Below are positions 23,900 to 36,887 of a DNA stretch of 64,000 nucleotides, in pieces. The notes beneath the pieces were generated by a model. The model was not told the DNA's origin, did no database searches, and was given only the letters and a program-made list of their open reading frames with translations. Each line of letters opens with the position of its first letter. The first letter of the stretch is position 1. Location: NCBI RefSeq assembly GCF_009834535.1, contig NC_045696.1:17796001-17860000 (forward strand). Reading direction: 5' to 3'. A program made the position numbers and the translations under genes. This DNA comes from Camelus ferus. Its lineage: Eukaryota.

Positions 23900-26800
23900 A
23901 TGCCTAGCAGGGTGCCCAGTAAATATTTGTTCCTGATTTTAATAGCTTAAAAACGTCAATGAGGTAGACCTCATTGCATGTTTAGTTTTGGAAATGTGAA
24001 GTCAGAGCCATTTATTTTTTATGATTGTGGCTTTTAATTTTTAATATGCTTGGTAAATTATTTTTTATTTCTCAGTTTGAAGCAAAACTACTTTATTTTT
24101 CTTACTCTAATACCTGATGACTAATTTATTGCAAGTGACTTTTGATGATATAAATGTCAGAATGCGTATTTCTTTCCTTAAAAAACTTTATAAGTGCATA
24201 TGTTTTAATTTTACTATATAGAAATGTCAGCACTTCCCACGCTGGCAAAAAGTTTGTCTACACCTAATGCCAGCATTTCAAAACACTTTCATTATTAAAG
24301 ATTTGAAAGCTATGAACTTTTGCAATCTGTAGAAAATGTTAAAATCAAGAATAAAGCAAGTGTTATAAATGTATAAATTTAAAAACTCGTGCTATACTCA
24401 GTAGGGTTCATGTGAGAATGGATCAGTTCATAAATAAAGAATTGTAATTTTCTTTCATTGGTAACATAGGATTTTACCCATGAGGCCATGATTTTAGCCT
24501 CACAGACGTGCTCAATCAGAATGGTGTGATGAGACTCACAAATAAAACAAAGGCTTTAAATGTTCTGCTAATTTTCCTCAGAAGATGAGAAAAACAAATT
24601 TTTTTTCAATTTGCTTTCATAGGTTTTCATCATATGTAAAGGCATCATAAGCAAGCCTGGTTTGTAGTTTTAAAATACACAACTCACGTACCACAGGAGG
24701 ACTATTCGAAGGGCAGTATGCCACCAGAGCTTGCTGCAGAAGCTCTGCTTTTTGGTTGATGGGGTAGTGCTTGGCGAGAAATAAAGGTAAAAGAAAATTT
24801 TTATATCTGTACTATCCAAAGCCACAAGTTTTCTTTACTGGAAACAATATGATCATGTATTCTTTATCCCATCCATCAGTGTCTACATGATTTCTCTTTT
24901 TGAAACATTTCTTTCTACCAATACAGTTGACAGCAAGTTAATCAGGTTTAGGGGCTACAGAGTAATATGTAACGAGGCAAGATAACTGGTTTTACTTCGT
25001 TCGTCTCTTTCCTCTGCTCAAAATGTTGCAAATGTAAAGATGAGACCCCGAAGCTTGGTCAAGTCACACTTCACAGAGCAACTAATGTCTATTTTTTTAA
25101 CATACATGACTGCACATAAACACTACAAAATAAGTTCCTGTAGCTCTAACAAATGCCATTTCTTGGTGAGTGAGGAAAAATACCCACAGGGATTTTTCAA
25201 AAAAATGATCTTTCATTCCAGAAAAGTAATTCTAATAGGAGAGCAATGCAATCTCTCAAGGAGGATGCAAACCAAATAACATCTCTGCTCAAACAACCCT
25301 TTTTGACTCCACTCGGAAAGGACTCGTGGATACTTGCAGTTAATTAAAAACTATTAAAACAAGGGAACGTTCTTCTTCCAGGGTTCTGGAAATTTCCTTT
25401 TCAGAAATGTTATAAATTGTCTTCTCAGGCTCCCTTGGGCAATTGATGCTGGGCTTTGCAGACCTTCTCTGATGAGGATCCCTGTCCAACAGTCCCAGGC
25501 GGGTCTCACGGCAGCCTTTCTGAGGTTTCTGCCTGAGTCATAACACCCTCCTTGTTCTGAAGAGCTGGCCTTTCACTTTACTCAGTCCCTCTGGAAACTG
25601 AGGCACATTTCTCCAAACTGGGAGGTCAGTAATGAACATGTTTATGACCCATATCATCAAATCTCTCCTTCTCATCATGGCCTCTTATCTGCTTTCTCAG
25701 GTTGAAGCCACCCAGGCCCCTCTTCCTTCCCCGATTTCATTAAATAACCCATGGCATGGCACTGCACTCCTGAGACACAAAAACGTGGTGCTGTCAGGAG
25801 ACAAGCTTTGCTTTTGTTTCAGCTGGACATCGTAGTCCTGTGTTCTCCCCATTTTCTCATTACTTGCCCCTGCCCTTCTCCAGTTCAGGAATTGCAGAGT
25901 AAAATAACCATATTCTTTTCATAACTAAAGCTAAGTGGATGGCTATGAATCCACCGTCAGCTTCCTGTCACTGAGACAATTAAATATTTAAATAACAAAA
26001 TGAAAGTCTAAATCAGTAACGTTTTAAAAATTATCTGTTATTACTTCCATCATTTGTATTTGCACAGTCAAGGCATTTGTGTACGTATCCTCTGTCCTGG
26101 ATACGTTTGGAGTGATTCTATTACACGTGCACGCAGTGAGAACAACTGGAAGTCTCCCATTCGTGAACACCTGACGGCAACTGTGTTCTCCACAGCATTT
26201 ATGATTTTGTTTTTCCTTTTTGTCTAATTAAAACTGTTATCCAGCCTGACTCTGACAAGCCCTCTCATCAAGGAAGGAACGGTGTCCGGATTCCCAAGGA
26301 GGAAATAAAACCCTCACATATTAGCAAGTTACCGTCATGAGGGAGCAAGAGCTGGCTCTTAGTTCATTCATTTTTTTCCACCCTCTGTCGCTCGTTTGCT
26401 CATTTCCATCTTCATATTTTGCCTCTGTGTGACTTGCTTTTCCATAACACTCGAAATAACTTGTGCAGATATTTATCATCATTTTCAGAACAAACACCTC
26501 TGCCCTGCCGCACCCACCCTGTCACCTTTAGAAAAATGCCTCCTTGAGTTACCCACTCCAAGCAGTGTAACTCTGAGAACATGACCATATGCTCTCGAAT
26601 GAATGAGTGTCAGTACGTTACCGCACTAGCAGATGTGTGTTCAGATTTTTTTATTTTACTTTTTTGTTTCAGAGTAGCAGACTCTCTAAGCAATTTTAAT
26701 TTTTAAAATCCTTTTTTATGATAGTACATTGCTGTATCTGCCTCTCTTACCTCCCTTTACCTCTCTCCCCCTGCCCTTTCCTCATCCTTCTGCTTCTAAA

Positions 26801-27204
26801 CCTACCTTCTCTCCTTCCACTTTTTCACCATTTTCTCTCTAACTTGGTCCAAAGAGAATCTCAGCTCTCTTTCATTCTTTTTTTTTTTTTTAATTATAGG
26901 TTCCAACAACACTGTACCAACAACACCAAACTTGGGGCTATAACCCAAGACTCTAACTATAATGTGCAATCTTTCTGTGCCCGGGAAGAGAGAGTGAGGG
27001 TTGGCCAAGCACTCTTGGGGGGACACAGCAGAAGGCAAGAGAACTTCCTGCTCACAGATGTGGCTGATAGAGTTGGAAGGAAGATACTGATATTGTCTTA
27101 TGAGAGAAAGCCATGGATCGAAGTGGGGATGAAAATCAAGACTTCAGGTGCAAAGTTTAGAGAGAGCTATAGGACAAGATGACAGAAGTAATAATAACGA
27201 TTAG

Positions 27205-28092
27205 TGAGGTAGGCAGAATTCTACGATGGTCTCTGAGATGTCCACTCTTCTGGTGTAGACATCTGTATAATCCTTTAAACTCACTATGATGAAATGTACT
27301 TGCATGATTAATCTATATTAACCTATATTGTAGGGCGACGTTAACCGTAAGAGAAGATTATGCAGGTGAATCTGACTTAAGCATATAGCCCTTTAAAGTT
27401 GTAGCATTTTCTGCTGCTGGCTGCAGAAGAGAAGTCAAAGACTGAAAGCAAAGAAAAGAAGGATTCGACGTTGTTGCTGGTTTGAAGATGAAGGTGACCA
27501 CACGGCATGAGCTGTGAGTGGCTTCTAGGAGCTGAGGGCAGCACGCAGTTCGCAGCAAGCATGGACATGGACAACACAGTCCTATAACTGGCAAGGGACT
27601 GTATTCTGCTAACAGGAGTGACTTTGAATGTCCTTTTTTTTTTTCCATGTAGCCTACAAATGAGAATTCAGTTTAGCTGACTCTTTGATTTCAATCTCAT
27701 GACACCTTGAGCAGAAAGCAAATCCTCACAGTGCTAGACTTCTGACCTGGCCATGAACTAATAAATGGCTATTAAAATTTGTAGATACTGACAGGCATAT
27801 GCAGAATAGATAAACAAGATTATACTGTACAGCACAGGGGAATATATAAAAGATCTTGTGGTAGCTTACAGCGAAAAAAAAACTGACAATGAATATATGT
27901 ACGTTCATGTATAACTGAAAAATTGTGCTCTACACTGGAATTTGATACAACATTGTAAAATGACTATAACTCAATAAAAAGTGTTTAAAAAATTTCCCTA
28001 AATAAATAAATAAATAAATAAATAAATAGCTATTGTTCTAAGGTGCTAATTTTATGGTAAATTTTTATGCAATGATAAAAATCTAATGCACA
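27205..28092 (+). mobile_element. MaLR LTR (MLT1E-like) interrupted by a young L1
   Basis: tgaggtaggcagaattctacgatgg...ggcttctaggagctgag...gacttctgacct; 3' end resumes at 28035 (gttctaaggtgctaattttatggtaa...ctaatgca). Confidence 0.8.
27774..28020 (+). mobile_element. Young 5'-truncated L1 3' end (camelid-type) with (TAAA)n tail
   Basis: gtataactgaaaaattgtgctctacactggaatttgatacaacattgtaaaatgactataactcaataaaa; 14-bp TSD aataaatggctatt (27760-27773) / aataaatagctatt (28021-28034). Confidence 0.88.
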
Positions 28093-28324
28093 TAGACCAG
28101 AGAGTAAAGATGGCTAGTCCTTAAAAGCTGGGCATTTATGTCATTGCAGCAATATTTATACATGGGCAAGAGTTTGGAGAAAACTCTAACAATGAATTTA
28201 TCTAAATTTCTTATTGCTTCCTAAACATTTCTATCTAGATATCGAGCCAAGGCCTTAGAATCAGTACATTTGAAAGCTTGGCTCTCTTTTTTGCTACCCT
28301 TCATTGATGGCGCTATAACTTGCC

Positions 28325-28475
28325 TGTGGTAGGCAGAAAAATAGAGCCCCTTGCAATAGCATCCACGTGCTAATCCCTGGAACTTTTGAATATGTCGTGG
28401 AGTTTCCCAAGGGAGAATTAAGGTTGCAATTGTAATTAATATCATAATTAGTTTATCTAAAAGCACAGAGATTCT
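28325..28475 (+). mobile_element. MLT1 LTR 5' fragment
   Basis: tgtggtaggcagaaaaat...tccacgtgctaatccctggaac...gaatatgt...ggagaattaaggttgca. Confidence 0.65.
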
Positions 28476-29719
28476 TCCTCACTTGCATTCATTACTTCCA
28501 TGCCATTGACGGCAGCATTATTGGGGTAGGTATTCCTAACTTCCTGACTGTGCAATTAATTTTTTTCCATCAGAGATCACTCCATCTGTCAAGTTGATAT
28601 CAATGTTATTTTCTAAAGCTGCTGATGTGTTCAAGGCATGGCCCTGGGTCACAAACTGGCAACAGTTAGAGATACAGAATTCTTTTAATATTTTGTTTGT
28701 TTTTCTCCTTTGAGAAGGGAGTAATGGATGAAAATTAAGTTGGACTTGAAAATACATTTTCATAAATATCAAGGTGTTTAAAAATATGTTTTCTTAGCCA
28801 AGTGATAAATCAAAAACTAATCGTTACTTATGATAGTTACATCTCTTGCCTTAAATTTGACATCTATGAACCACATGAAGATAAAACGTATTTGGTCACA
28901 TTGAACCTTAAAACGTTATTTTTTTTTTTTAAATCTTATTTTCTACCATTTCTTCTGATGAATAATTCATTGGAGAATTTTCCACCATCAAGCATATGTG
29001 GATAAATGTAGAAGTTAACTAATGTATATAAAAAAAAAAACCCAGAAAATTACTTTTTTTATTTGTAGGACAGCACTAACACGAAATTGCTACAAACATT
29101 TGCCGCCTGATTCTCTCACTGTCACTTGTCTCGCTCTGTATCCTTCCCCTTCCCTCCATTGTTTGAATGGATACTCAAAAGCTCTGGATAATTAATCACA
29201 CAGAACTGTTTTAAACATGTCTTTACCCCAAGAGGCCTCTCGCATAATTAGCCTCTTTGGAAGCGTTCAAAGATGTAGGACATTATGCCAAGATTGTAAA
29301 ATCTTCAGATTATTTGCTTCTTTTTTTGCTGATCTGTATTAAACCAATCTTTCAATTCTTTCTTCCCAATTGTTGAATAAAACATCAACAGAAGATGGCA
29401 CTGTTTATTCATTGTTTTAAAAAATGCCAGTAAATAATGTATCCACTTTGAACAAAAAAGAAATTTTAAAAGCTACCTCCAAGGAAAAGAGACAGTTTTA
29501 TTAGAATATGGAGGTGAGATGCATGACATAAAATACAATTTATCTGAAAATTAATATAGGATATAATTGAAAATTAAACATGCAAAACTAAATCTTAAAG
29601 TACACTTACTTCCTACGGAAACTGCATGAACAGATCATTTTATAACACAGTGGTTAGTTACATATGAAAATTATCACATGCTGTATGTGATATAAAGAGA
29701 TTCAAGGGGTACCAGCTCT

Positions 29720-30015
29720 CACTTTAGAATTTATGTTCCATCTTTATTTTCTTAACTCATGAAATACTGGAAAGTTACTTCTCTTCGAATCTAAATGACC
29801 TCGTTTCTATAAATGAGGTAATAGTACCTATTCTATTTTTGAGGATTAAGTGAAAATGTAGTAAGTACTCAGTTGATAGTTATTGTTTTATCCTACTAGA
29901 ATATAAACATTGTGTGGGACAAAGAAAAAACTGTGCTTCTTACCAATATATTATCAACATGCAGCCCTGTGTCTGAGGTTTAGTAGAAATAACAAGACTT
30001 CAATTAATAGATTAT
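29720..30015 (+). mobile_element. MIR followed by L2 3' fragment
   Basis: ctataaatgaggtaatagtaccta...gaggattaagtga, then ctactagaatataaac. Confidence 0.55.
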
Positions 30016-30449
30016 TGGCTTTAAATGGCTTTCCAAAGAGGGACTGTTAAAATGATGCTCAAGTTTTCAGAAACAGTAAGTATATAAAAACAAGTTTTCT
30101 AAGAGGCAGAAAGACATTTACTTTTTTTCTTTGTATAATTGTAGCTCCTAACACTATTACATATAAATAGATAAGTGTGTCCGAAAATAAAACAAAGAAG
30201 AAAATTTTGTCTCTGTGGGATTACCCAAATTTACAGGCAAGACAAGTTACTTGAATTTAATTGATCCTGATTAAACTTCCACATTTAAAATCATCACAAG
30301 TAAAAATAATCAGCTTACTTTTTTATCTTATGATTTAACTCCAGAGCAAACTGAAACCGGAGAAACAAAAATGGTAAATACATGTTTAGAAAGTTACATA
30401 TTTAAATATTGATCCTTATAATCCCCACATAATAGAAATTGCTAGTATT

Positions 30450-30950
30450 TAGAGGAAAAAAAGTATTTTTTCTTTTTCTTGAGTATAGCTAGCTTGTATT
30501 TCCCAGTCTCCTTTGCAGTTAGGTTTGGCCCTGTGACCGAGCGCACATGCACAGTGGAATGTGAATCAACATCCTATGTGCTATTGTCACCTGACGGTGT
30601 TTTAGAAATGGACGTGCCCCCTCATGGGTACTGGCGGCAGAGTGATGGTTGAGCTCCACCCAGTGAAGGAAGGGATAATGTTTAATCACTGACACGATTA
30701 GAATTGCCACTGCAAAACTTTCCTCGTTCTTCACTAGCAAGGTGTAGCTTTCAAAAGACCAAAAGGAATGGAAAACTACATGACAGAAAAAAAAAAAAAA
30801 GCAGTTTCCTGGATCATGGTGGTAATTCACCCATGAACCCAGAAAATCTAATTTATACCAGTGAGTGAGAAATAAACCTCTATTGTGTTTGAGAATTATA
30901 AGTCTGCTTTTTTTTTCTTCCTAGAAGTTCACTTTAGCCAAACTAACACA
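30450..30950 (+). mobile_element. MaLR LTR (MLT1J/I-like)
   Basis: atttcccagtctcctttgcagttaggtttggccctgtgac...ggaatgtga...gtgagtgagaaataaacctctattgtgtt...ctaacaca. Confidence 0.7.
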
Positions 30951-31889
30951 GAAGGAAATAGTGATATGACACCAGAGAATATTTCAAACTGACTGTTCCT
31001 TAGCTCTTTCTTTACCACTTTGTGTGAATCATCAAATTGTTAGTTAACCTATCCCTGCTTTTCACTGTCTTCACTCCCTAAGTAAGGTGTTTTTTGGCTG
31101 AAAAAAAAAATCTCATCATATTGTTTGCTTTTCTCTGATCCTCACTAAGCTGGAATAAAGACTCTTTATTTGACTCCTAACAACCTAATCAGGAAAGGAG
31201 ACCACTCTTTGTTCATTCAGCTGATTAGCAATTATATACAATAAGTATATGCTTTTTATTAAAATATTGATATTCTTAAATTAATAGTACAAAATTATAG
31301 CCCATATACCAGCTAGATTTTTATATTATTTTACAGAACTGTCCCTGTTTTTATCATCTCTCTGTCTGAGAAGCTCATCTTTCAAGTTGGGTTAATTTCC
31401 AGTACCAATGAGAATGAAGGGAACAAGCGTAGAGAAATGCTACTTGAAGTAAAATTGATATGAACTTCTGCTTCTGTGCATGTGGTGGGGAAGGTGTAGG
31501 GGATGGCATCATCCACCTCAGTGGGAAAAAAATACCTGTACGGCTATTCCCGTTCACCACAGAGCATTAAGAGAAGCAAGAAAGTAGAACAGAAGCAAGT
31601 TAGAAAGTCCCAAGTCACTGCTGATTGTTTATAGCCGAAGAGTAGACCTGGAGTGGATGATCCGCAGCAGAACGTATGAACAAGTCTGGGCTAGTGAGCA
31701 AAGGCAGGGAGATCAAGAGCAAACAGTAGGTAGAAAGCAAAACATTTTGCAAGATAAAAAAGAGCGAAAGTGAGTTGTAGGAATGGAACGGAAGAGAGAT
31801 GCAGTCTCTGGAATGAGAGGACAAACTTGAATAACCTTTACTGTACATAAACATATTATGTAAGTTGGGATTTTTGTGGGAAGGGAAGC

Positions 31890-32374
31890 TGGTTATTCTG
31901 CAGCTGTCCCTCCCCTCCCCATCCCACCTACATTCTCTTCATGTTCTTCATCTTGGCTCTGTGCTCTAGGATTCTGACCCTTGCAGAGTACAACAGCAGG
32001 CTCCCTTGGCCTCTGGCTTGCAGCTAGTTCCACTAAAAGAAGATACTTGCAAGGAATCAGAGGACAGGAGGAGAAGTAAGTCAGGGCATTTCTTCCCTTT
32101 TTCCCTTTTGTTTGACAGCTAAGGTTCTGGAATAGCTTCTTCTTTCTACATCTACAGGTCTAAACCGGTGACCCTTCTCCATAATTCCATCTCCCACCAG
32201 GCTCTGTTGACATTGTCTCCTCCACTTACTCCTTTATATCTAAGGGTGATTGACTGTAACAACTGCCCAGCTGCTCCCCTGGATCCTGTTCACATCTCTT
32301 CCGATTACTGAGTTACATCCTCTTAAATTGAACAGGAGTAGATTTCTTTTTCTTGTCAGGGCATGACTCATATA
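31890..32374 (+). mobile_element. LTR33 (ERVL) LTR
   Basis: ggctcccttggcctctggctt...cagaggacaggaggagaagtaagtcagggcattt...ttcttgtcagggcatgactcatata. Confidence 0.7.
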
Positions 32375-34134
32375 TCAGAAGTGTCAAAGGCTAGAAACAG
32401 AGTTCAGTGTTTGGTCTGGTCTTTGTCATTTGAAAAGTCTCTAAAAGCAGAACTGAGACAAATTAAAGTGTTTAGTTGACTTAAATCTTGGTATCATTTT
32501 ATGTCCATAAAACATAGAGGGGTCATTGGGTGTTTCTTGAGCATTATTTCCACTTATGTTAAAACACATAAACACAGTCAACATTTTGATGGCTATATAC
32601 ATTTTGTCAATGCTTTTTAAATACTCAAAATAATTAAAACACCAATAATTCATTTATTTTTATCTCAAGTAGCTACTCAACTTTGGGAGTCTAACTTTCC
32701 CACCTCGAGGGTATGTGCATTTGAGAATATGTGTGAATTCTTCAACAGAAAGGAGCTAATGAAAACAGCTACAAGTGATAAAACCCAGGTGAGATTAATC
32801 ATTCATCAGAAGAGAACTGAGCTGCCTGAGAATTCTGAGAAATATCCTGGGCATTTGATGATACTATTTTAATGGAGGAAATCTCCAATGATAAGGACAT
32901 TCCACCAAAAATCTGAGTAACAAAGTCTGTGTTTGTACAGAAATGCTCAACCAAATGTTCATGTTCTGTACTTGAACATGAATTTCACTCCATGAATTCT
33001 TATAGTTCTTTGCCCAAAGACCTCTTATGAAATGTCTATATTTCTTTGTTGTACTTTTTGGTGTACAAGTTCAGTTTCCTGTATGAGACTGCAAAGCTCT
33101 TTGAGTACAGAGATTTTCATATGGGTCCTTAAATATGAAGACTGCTAGTCATCTGGTCATCACTGCTACAGAGAATTTAGGGTTTTTTTATGTTTTGAAA
33201 TTCCCACTTTTCTTGGTATTCTACAGAATAAGACAACACTAATATTCCTTCTATACACTACGAATGATATAAAGATGTTTAAATCTCCCATGAAACAACA
33301 AAATTGAGCTCGTTATTTTAAGAGATTAAACAGCATCTTTAAAATGCCACTAAATCTGTTCCTTGATGAGAATTCTTTATCTATATCGAATGGCATCTAT
33401 ATCACATGACTTAGGTTTTAGAGAGTCTTCCTAATCAGTTTATTTTTCGTCTTCTTTTTTATTTTTTTGTGGGTCCTTCAATACTTAGAAATTTATTATG
33501 GCAATTCCTTGGATCCATATTTTGCTGTTGTAGAATTCTGTATTCTTGGAGGAAGAGTTGCATCTTATGTCTACCTTATATTAGCTGAATGCTTCATTCC
33601 TTTGGCTCTTCTAAACCTCATTTAAGTGATTAAATTATCTTAACAGGAAAACAATGTTTATAATTTGATTCCCCATCAGTATTCTCATTTTATTCCTAGA
33701 AATACACATATTCTGCGATTAGTCTATATAGTATGATTTTGACTTTCAATGTATACTATTCTTTAAAAACTCTTGTGTGGTTGATGATATTCAGTTATTG
33801 TATATATTATTTAAGTTCAGGTAATAATATATGTTAGCCAATAATTGGTATTTCAATACTCTTTGGAAGAGTAAAACATTTAAAATATTTTGATCAACTT
33901 TTTTATTGAAAGTAAATTTCTGATTGATAGTCAATAAACTGCTTTACTAAGTGAAGCAATGGGAAGACATTTTACTCTAGTTGTTTCAACTAAATTCTTG
34001 ACCAGTTGCAATCAAATCTTATACATTGTTTATATAGTCATCCTTTTCTTGGTCAACTTATCAATTGATCAGAAACCACCATAACCACTGGCTTATTTCT
34101 GGCCTTTTTTTTTTTTTAATCATGAACAGGCTTA

Positions 34135-35270
34135 ATAATTAATTCAATAAACATTGATTAACTTCCTACTACATACTGGATCTTGTGCCAGGTAGTGGGA
34201 TAAATGAATCATACAATTTGGTCTCTTTCTTTAGGTGGATGGGGGATGGCTATGCATCAAGTGATTAAATGACAATAAAATACCAACTGCAACCATTGGT
34301 ATAACGAAGAGTGTTCTACAGATGGGTCTTGAAATAAGGATACCTGACTTAGAGAAAACTTGGAAGTATTAATTTATTAAGCTCTTATCTGAAAGAAGTA
34401 TAGGCATTAACATGATAGCATGGGAAAGGAAGAAGGAAAAGCATGTGCAGAAACCCTATGATAGGAGGGACTGTAATTTGGTCAAAGGATTGGGATGAAG
34501 AGAAGGATAAAGATTGTGCAGTCAGAGAAAGCAGGGGGCTAGGAATGTGATCATCATTTTACTAGAAAGATGTCATTAAAGGATTTTAAACAGAAGTGCC
34601 ATGTTTAGATTAGAGAAAAGTCATCATCCATTGGGGACATTGGTTGCTGGGAGACTGTTGTGTCGACTGAAATAAATGGGCAGCTTAAATGTTCAGAGTT
34701 ATGTTTTATTTGGCGGGAGGACTCAAGCCGGGATGACAGCCTCAAGATCGCTCCGAGGAACTGCTCTGAAGAGGTAGGGGAGGAGCTAGGATATATAGGA
34801 GCTTTACAACAAAGACCAGGTAGTTGGAACATTAAAAGATTACTTGTTATCTAAAGAAAACCAGGCATCTCAAGTTAAAGAATTTAGTGCTTTTCTATGT
34901 ATGGGAGGAAGCAAACATTTGGGCTCATTGAATTCATTCCTTTGACAAGCACCTAGCTCTCTAGGGCCAGTATGCTGTCCTTTCTTATTCTGAGTCCCCT
35001 CAGGGTGCACCATTGTGAGTGGTTGCAGAGGCCCGGCCTCAGGCTTGCCTTCACTGGGGGGTGGTGGCAGCCACTGATGACTTGATGGTTTCAGCATTGT
35101 TTGTTTGCTTATGCAGTATTTTTCATTCTCAGTTGCAATATTTCAAGTGAGAAGGTTCAAATGAGGATGATGTTGGTCCAGATGAACTACAGTTAGTGGA
35201 TTTGAGAGACAGGAAATGAAAATCGACTAGAGTTTTAGTTCACAGGAGACACTTTACTGAGGGAAGAATC
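34135..35270 (-). mobile_element. L2 (3' region) split by the LTR at 34661-35131
   Basis: attcaataaacattgattaacttcctact...aaaggattttaaacagaagtg...gagactgttg | gttgcaatatttcaagtgaga. Confidence 0.7.
34661..35131 (-). mobile_element. ERV1-type solo LTR (MER41-like), copy A
   Basis: TG...CA ends; perfect 4-bp TSD GTTG (34657-34660, 35132-35135); minus-strand TATA-like cctatatatcc and AATAAA. Confidence 0.9.
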
Positions 35271-35709
35271 ATGAAGGGACATTGTTCCCTTGCCCTTATA
35301 TCACCATCATAGCTCAGCCTCCTGACTGAGCCATCTAGAAATATACCACAAGCATTTTGGAAATGCAACATACAGGGTAAAATCTTCACTAAATTTAGGT
35401 AAATACCTTAATATATATATATACAGTGACAGATAAACAAAGGCATTGCACAAATATAGTGACCGAGGCACCAGTCATCTTGTGATTAAAGCTGTGAAGA
35501 AAGAAAAAGTTGACATGAAGCAATGGTTAGTGCTAAAAGGAAAGCAAAATCAGGAACTCCTGTTGAACTCCTTTTTTTTTTAATGGCATGGCAATCAAAA
35601 ATCACAAATCCATCCTAGGAAAAATTAATTGTTCCATCGATGTGACTTACTCTTTGTAAGAAAAACCCAGAGGAGGTGGTGTTTGTTTGCTTTTTATTTC
35701 TGAAACCAT

Positions 35710-36195
35710 TATTGACTGAAATAAATGCATAACCTAAAAGTTGAGAGTTATATTTTATTCAGTGGACAATTCTGAGGACTCAGCCCAGGATGACAGCCTC
35801 TCAGGTCACTCTGAAGGCCTGCTCCAAAGAGGTAGGGGAGGAGCTAGGATATATAGGAGTTTAACAACAAAGACCAAGTAGTCAGAACATTAAAGATTAC
35901 TTGTTAACTAAAGAAAACCAGGCAACTCAAGTTAAAGAATTTAGTGCTTTTCTATGTATGGGAGGAAGCAAACATTTGGGCTCAATGAATTCATTCCTTT
36001 GACAAGCGCCTAGCTGTCTAGGGCCAGTATCCTGTCCTTTCTTATTCTGAGTCCCCTCAGGGGGCACCATTGTGAGTGGCTGCAGAGGCCGGGCTGCAAG
36101 CTTGCCTTCACTGGGGGGTGGCGGCAGCCGCTGATGACTTGATGGTTTCAGCATTCTTTGTTTGCTGATACGGTTTGCAGTATTTTTCGTTCACA
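35710..36195 (-). mobile_element. ERV1-type solo LTR (MER41-like), copy B
   Basis: Collinear with copy A (about 21 differences over ~340 bp by hand count); TSD degenerate (ccat/tcac). Confidence 0.88.
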
Positions 36196-36416
36196 TCACC
36201 TTTTGATATTTTCTGTGGAATTTTCACCCACTGACATATCTTCATCAATCACAAATTTTTTTGTTTTTCCTCTCTTCCTGACAGATGCCAAATTATTACC
36301 TCTTTAATCTAATTCCTGATGACAGAGAACAGATCAAAGTTTGCCTCTTAGGTGTGCGAAGCAGCTGGAAAGTGATACGAAGGAACTTTGCAGAGCAAAG
36401 CAAATATTCCACATCT

Positions 36417-36887
36417 TGTTTGGGGTTGGTGGTTATGTGAAGGAAAAGCTGGGCTGGTCTAACAAGATAACTCACAAGTCTAGGAATGTGAAGGAGAGGC
36501 TGGGCTGGGCTAACAAGTCTAAATATTGGAATACTGATCTGAGTTCTGCTAGACTAACTTGTAAATCTAGGTTAATTAGTGTTGGTTTGCTGTTCATGTT
36601 TTTTGCTAGCCAGCTGGATTTTCAAAGATACATATCTGGCTTTGGAATGTTAGTTTGCTGCCTCCCCGCCTCCACTTTCGTGACGATAATGCTGCTAAAG
36701 CTGTTCCATGCCTATTGGCCAAATACCCCAAGCTTGTACTTTACCCTATAAAACCTCATGCGCACGTCTTAGAGGTGCTCAGAGCTTCGGAGCAGAAGCC
36801 CCTCTGAGCCCGCCGGCGTAATACATCTGAGTACTCCAACCCTCCGAGTGGTGCTTGTTTCTTGACTGGCCTGTCGTTTCTGTAAAA
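36417..36887 (+). mobile_element. Young ERV solo LTR with internal ~33-bp duplication
   Basis: Duplicated atgtgaaggaRaRgctgggctggKctaacaag (36435, 36486); TATAAAA 36747; AATACA 36820; many CpGs retained; ends gtttctgtaaaa; possible TSD atct/attt. Confidence 0.8.
36661..36760 (+). promoter_or_regulatory. LTR core promoter motifs (GC box, half-CRE, inverted CCAAT, TATA)
   Basis: cctccccgcctcc 36661, tgacg 36681, attgg 36714, tataaaa 36747; activity untested. Confidence 0.5.

Noticed and set aside
24698..24787. cag|...aaag|gtaaaa exon-like segment
   Set aside because: Poor polypyrimidine tract and stops in all three frames
26718..27182. Longest ORF (154 aa)
   Set aside because: Low-complexity pyrimidine tract and poly-T keep it open; no recognisable protein
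34661..35131. Interferon-inducible enhancer claim based on MER41 similarity
   Set aside because: No canonical TTCNNNGAA GAS site found by eye in copy A, and the family assignment is from memory
34870..36154. Two paralogous 75-aa ORFs resembling a duplicated gene
   Set aside because: Both lie entirely within the two LTR copies
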